Below are positions 58,979 to 64,000 of a DNA stretch of 64,000 bases, piece after piece. The notes beneath the pieces are model-generated. The model saw nothing but the letters and a program-made list of their open reading frames with translations. It made no database searches and had not been told where the DNA came from. How positions within the stretch are numbered: position 1 is the first letter of the stretch; each line of letters opens with the position of its first letter. A program made the translations under genes and the position numbers. Source of the DNA: the human T2T-CHM13v2.0 reference genome, Homo sapiens; NCBI RefSeq assembly GCF_009914755.1, contig NC_060940.1. One strand, written 5' to 3'.

Positions 58979-61900
58979 TCAATCATTCCATTCGATTCTA
59001 TTCAATGATGATTCCATTCATGTCGATTTGGTGATTCCATTTGACTTCATTTGATGATGATTCCTTTCAAGTTCATTAGATGATTCCATTCGATTCCATT
59101 TGATGATGATCCCATTCGAGTCCATTCAGTGATTCCATTCGTTTCCATTCCATGATGATTCCATTCCTTTCCATTCAATGATTCCATTCGATTCCGTTTG
59201 ATGATGATTTCATTCGAGTCCATTTGATGATTCCATTTGATTCCATTCGATGATGATTCCATTCGAGTCCATTCGATGATTCTATTCGAATCCATTTGAT
59301 GATTTCTTTTGATTATATTTGGTGATGATTCCATTGGAGTCCATTCAATGATTCCATTCGATTCCAATCGATGATGATTCCATTAGAGTCCATTTAATGA
59401 TTCCATTTGATTCCAGTCTCTGATGATTACATTCGAGTCCATACGATGATTCCACTCAATTCCATATGATGATGATTCCATTTGATTCCATTCGGTGATT
59501 CCATTCTATTCTATTCAATGGTGATTCCATTCGAGTACATTAGATGATTCCATTCGATTCCATTCAATGATGATTCTATTTGTGTCCCTTAGATGATTCC
59601 ACATGATTCCATTACATGATGATACTATTTGAGCCCATCCAATGATTCCCTTCGATTCCATTCGATGAGGATTCCATTCGATTCAGTTCATTGGTGATTC
59701 TATTCAATTCAATTCTTTGATTCCATTCCATTCCATTCGACAATGATTCCATTCGATTTCTTTCGATGATTCCACTCGATTCCACTTGACATTGATTCCC
59801 TTCGATTCCATTCAATGATTCCATTTGATTCCAGTGGATGATGATTGCCATCGATTCCATTCGATCACTCCATTCTATTCCATTTGATGATGATTACATT
59901 CGATTCCATTTGACGATTCCATCTGATTCTATTCGAGGATTCCATTTGATTCCATTCGATGATGATTCCATTCGAGTCCATTCGATGATTTCATTCGAGT
60001 ACATCCAATGATTCCATTCGAGTCCATTAGATGATTCCATTTGATTCCATTTGAAAATGATTCTACTAGAGTCCATTCAATGACTCCATTCGAGTCCATT
60101 CAACAATTCCATTCGACTCCATTCGATGATTCCATTCGATTCCATTTGATGGTTCCATTCGATTCCATTTAATCATTACAGTCGAGTCCATTTGGTGATT
60201 CCACTGGATTTCTTTTGATAATGATACCATTCAATTACATTTGATGATGATCCCATTCAATTTCATTTGATGATGATTCCATTAGAGTCCATTCGATGAT
60301 TTCATTCGAGTCCCTTCATTGATTCCATCCGATTTCATTGGATGATGACTCCATTCGAGTCCATTCGATGATTCCACTCGATTCCATTAGATGACTCCAT
60401 TGGAGTCCATTTGATTGTTCCATTCGATTCCATTCGATTCCTTTCGAAGATTATTCCATTTGAGTCCATTCGATGATGATTCCATTCCATTCCATTCGAT
60501 GATTCCGTTTGATTCCATTCGATGATTCCCTTCGATTCCTTTCTTTGATGATTCCATTCCATTCCATTCAATGATTCCATTCGAATCTATTCCATGATGA
60601 TTCCTTTCGATTCCATTCGCTGATGTTTCCGTTCAATTCCATTCGATGATGATTCCATTCGATTCCATTCATTGAGGATTCCATTTGATTCCATTCAATG
60701 ATGATTCCATTCTATTCCATTCAATGATTGCATTCAATTCCATTCAATGATTATCCCCTTAGAGTAAACTCAACGATTCCATTCAATACCATTCGATGAT
60801 GATTCCTTTTGAGTCCATTCAATGATTTCATTCAAGTCCATTTGATGATTCCTTTCAATTCCATTCTATGATGATTCCATTCGAGTCCATTCGATGATTC
60901 CATTCGATTGCATTCGATGATTCCATTATATTCCATTCAACGGTGATTCCATTCGAGTCCATTCCATGATTCCATTAGAGTACATTTAATGATTGCTTTG
61001 TTTTCAATTCGAAGATGATTACATTGGATTCCATTCTATGATACCATTCGATTCCATTCAATGATGATTCCACTCAAATCCATTGGATGATTCCATTCGT
61101 GTCCATTCGGTGATTTCATTAGATTCCATTCGAGGATGATTCCATTCGATTCCATTCGATGATTCCATTCAATTCCATTCGATGATGATTCCATTCCAGT
61201 CCATATGATCATTCCATTTGATTTCATTCGATGATGATTCCATTCGATTCCTTTCGACGATTCCATTCTATTCCATTCGATGATGATTCCATTCGAGTCC
61301 ATTCGATGATTCCATTCGAGTCCATTTAATGATTCCATTGGGTTCAATTCAATGATGATTACATTGGATTCCATTCTCTGATTCCATTCAATTCCGTTCA
61401 ATGACAATTTGATTCCATTCGATGATGATTCCATTTGAGTTCATTCGATGATTCTATTCGATTCTCTTCGATGGTGATTCAATTCTATTATATTGGATGA
61501 TTCCATTCGATTCCATTTGATGTTGATTCAATTCGATTCTATTCGATGATGATTCCATTGGATTTCACTTGATGATTCTATTCGATTCCATTCAATGATG
61601 ATTCACTTCTCGTCCATTGGATGATTCCATTTCATTCCATTCGATGATGATTCCATTCGATTCCATTCGATGATTCCATTTGATTCCATGCGACGGTGAG
61701 CAATTCGATTCAATTCCATGATGATTCTATTTGATTCAATTAGATGATGTTTCCATTCGAATCCATTCCATGATTATTCCATTGGAATCCATTCGGCGAT
61801 GATTCCATATGAGTCAATTCAATGATGATTCCATATGGGTCCGTTCGATGATAATTCCATTTGATTTCATTCGATGCTTCTATTCTATTCCAGTCGATGA

Positions 61901-64000
61901 TGATTCCGTTGGAGTCCATACGATGATTCCATTTGATTTCATTTGATGATGATTCCATTCGATGATGATTACATTGGATTCCATTCTATGATTCCATTCA
62001 ATTCCATTCGTTGATGATTCGATTCCATTCAATGATGATTCCATTTGAGTTCATTCGATGATTCTACTCGATTCCGTTCGATGGTGATTCAATTCTATTA
62101 TATTGGATGATTCCACTCGATTCCATTTGATGATTATTGCATTGGAGTCCATTTAGTGAATCCTTTAGATTCTATTCGACGATGATTCCATTCGAGTCCA
62201 TTCGATGATACCATTCAATTCCATTCGTTGATGCTTCCATTCAAGTGCATTCGATGATATCATTCGATTCCATTTGATGATAATTCCATTTGATTCCATG
62301 CGATGATTCTATTCGATTCCATTCAATGATAATTCCATTCAATTCAGTGATTCCTCTGGACTCCATTTGATGATGATTCCATTCAATGATTCCATTCGAT
62401 TCTATTCGAAAATGATTCCATTTGAATCCATTTGATGATGATTCCATTAGATTCCATTTGATGATTCCATTCGATTCCATTCGACGATGATTCCATTCGA
62501 TTCCGTTTGATGATTCCATTCTATTCTATTCGATGATGATTCCATTCGATTCCATTCGATGATGATTGGATTCGATTCCATTTGATGATTTCATTTGATT
62601 CCATTCGTTAATGATTTCGATCAATTCCATTCGATGATTCCATTCGATTCCATTCGATAATGATTACATCCGAGTCCATTCGATGATTCCCTTTGAGCCT
62701 GTTCGATAATTCCATTTGAGTCCAACCAATGATTCCATTCATTTCCATTCAATGATTCCATTCGAGTCCATTTGATCATTCCGGTAGGGTCCATTCGATG
62801 TTGATTCCATTGGAGTGCATTCGATGATTCCATTCGAGTCCATTTTAGGATTTGATTCGAGTCCTTTCGATGATTCCATTCGATTCCACTCGATGATGAT
62901 TTCATTCGAGTCCATTCGACACTTCCAATCGATTCCATTTGATGATTCCATTCGAGTCCAATTGATGATTCCATTCAATTCCATTCGATGATGATTCCGT
63001 ACGATTCCATTCTGTGATGATTCCATGTGATTGCATTCAATGATGATTCCTTTCGATTGCATTCGATTATGATTCATTTCGTGTTCATTCTATGGTTCCA
63101 CAGGTTTCCATTCGTGTCCATTCCATTATTCCATTCTATTCCATTTGATGATGATTCCATTCGATTCCATTCATTGGTGATTCCACTCAATTCCATTCAA
63201 TGATTCCATTCCATTTCTTTCAACAATGATTCCATTAGTTTCTAATCGATGATCCACTTGATTCCATTTGACGACGATTCCATTCTTGTCCATTTGATGA
63301 TTCCATTTGATTCCATATGATGATGATTCCATTCGATTCCATACCATGATGATTCCATTCGAGTCCATTCAATGGTGATTCCATTCAATTCCATTCGATG
63401 ATTCCTTTCGATTCCATTCAATGATGATGGCATTCGATTCCTTTTAATCATTCCCTTTGATTCCATTCAAAGGTGATTTCATTCAAGTCCATTCGATAAT
63501 TGCATTCGATTCCATTCTATGATGATTCCATTCGAGTCCATTTGATGATTCCATTCAATTCAAGTCAATGATGATTCCATTCAATTCCATTCGATGATTC
63601 CATTGGATTCCATTCGATGATGATTCCATTCAAATCCATTCGATAATTCAATTCAAGTCCATTCGATGATGATTCCAATCGAATCCATTCAAAGATTCCA
63701 TTCTGTTCCATTCGATGATTCCCTTAGATTCCATTCGATGATTCCACTTGATTGCATTTACGATGATTCCATTCGATTCCATGTGATGATTCCATTCAAT
63801 TCTATTCAATGATGTCTCCATTTGATTCCATTCGACCATGATTGCCTTTGATTCCATTCAATGATTCCATTCGGTTCCGTTTGATGATGATTCTGTTCGA
63901 TTCCATTTGATGATTCCATTTGATTCCATTGGATGAGTCCATTCGATTACATTCGATGATTATTCCATTCGAGTGCATTAGATGATTCCATTCGAGTCCA
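58979..64000 (+). repeat. Higher-order unit, partial (runs off the window end)
   Basis: All landmarks appear in order at +6112 from the previous unit up to the window edge. Confidence 0.9.

Larger units (their letters stand above)
1..64000 (+). repeat. Human/primate satellite II (HSat2/HSATII) pericentromeric tandem array, probably HSat2B type with a ~6.1-kb unit (16q11.2-like)
   Basis: Continuous degenerate ATTCCATTCG(A/G)TTCCATTCGATG(ATG) 23/26-bp monomers across the whole window. The CATTCGATTC and GATGATG spacers distinguish HSat2 from simple (CATTC)n HSat3. Unique landmarks (CCGGTAGGGTCC, TTCCACAGGTTT, CATTCTAGCCC, GAGTAAACTCAACG) recur at ~6112-bp intervals. The chr16/HSat2B label is from recollection of the period, not from an alignment. 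Confidence 0.96.

Noticed and set aside
69-63857. Roughly 140 minus-strand ORFs of 60-132 aa (MESNGIIEWNRMES... type)
   Set aside because: They are direct translations of (GAATG)n/ATCATC monomers. They are low-complexity, overlap in several frames, repeat with the array, and are freely opened or broken by SNVs. The + strand lacks ORFs simply because of frequent TGA. Similar 'hypothetical proteins' in databases would most likely be satellite mistranslations or human contamination.
1-64000. CRISPR-like array of short repeats
   Set aside because: There are no unique spacers, no constant direct repeat and no cas genes. The monomers abut and are degenerate.
1-64000. HSat3 or alpha-satellite/CENP-B box assignment
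   Set aside because: Long pure (CATTC)n runs are absent and GATGATG-spaced CATTCGATTC dominates, which is HSat2. There are no 171-bp alphoid monomers, and the 170-bp duplication length is coincidental.

Overview
All 64 kb is a single uninterrupted primate classical satellite II (HSat2/HSATII) array, with (CATTC)n-derived 23- and 26-bp monomers (ATTCCATTCGATTCCATTCGATG / ...GATGATG) all on the + strand. I see no genes, RNA genes, transposons or CRISPR arrays; every listed minus-strand ORF is a translation artefact of the GAATG strand. The monomers form a ~6,112-bp higher-order unit. From memory, that period matches the HSat2B array at human 16q11.2, but the assignment needs an alignment. Unit lengths read from recurring landmarks are 6062, 6112, 6308, 6138, 6112, 1899, 6112, 1899, 6112, 6112, 6112 and a final partial unit. 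The interesting content is structural. An 8,011-bp out-of-register segment (23708-47740) is tandemly triplicated, with junctions resolvable to 5 bp. There are two probable in-register 6.1-kb duplications, indels of 26, 49 and 170 bp that preserve monomer phase, mosaic variant sharing suggestive of gene conversion, and older internal duplications within the unit. DUX4-consensus sites and CpG-decay signatures are dense. I found no new protein-coding or defence system.
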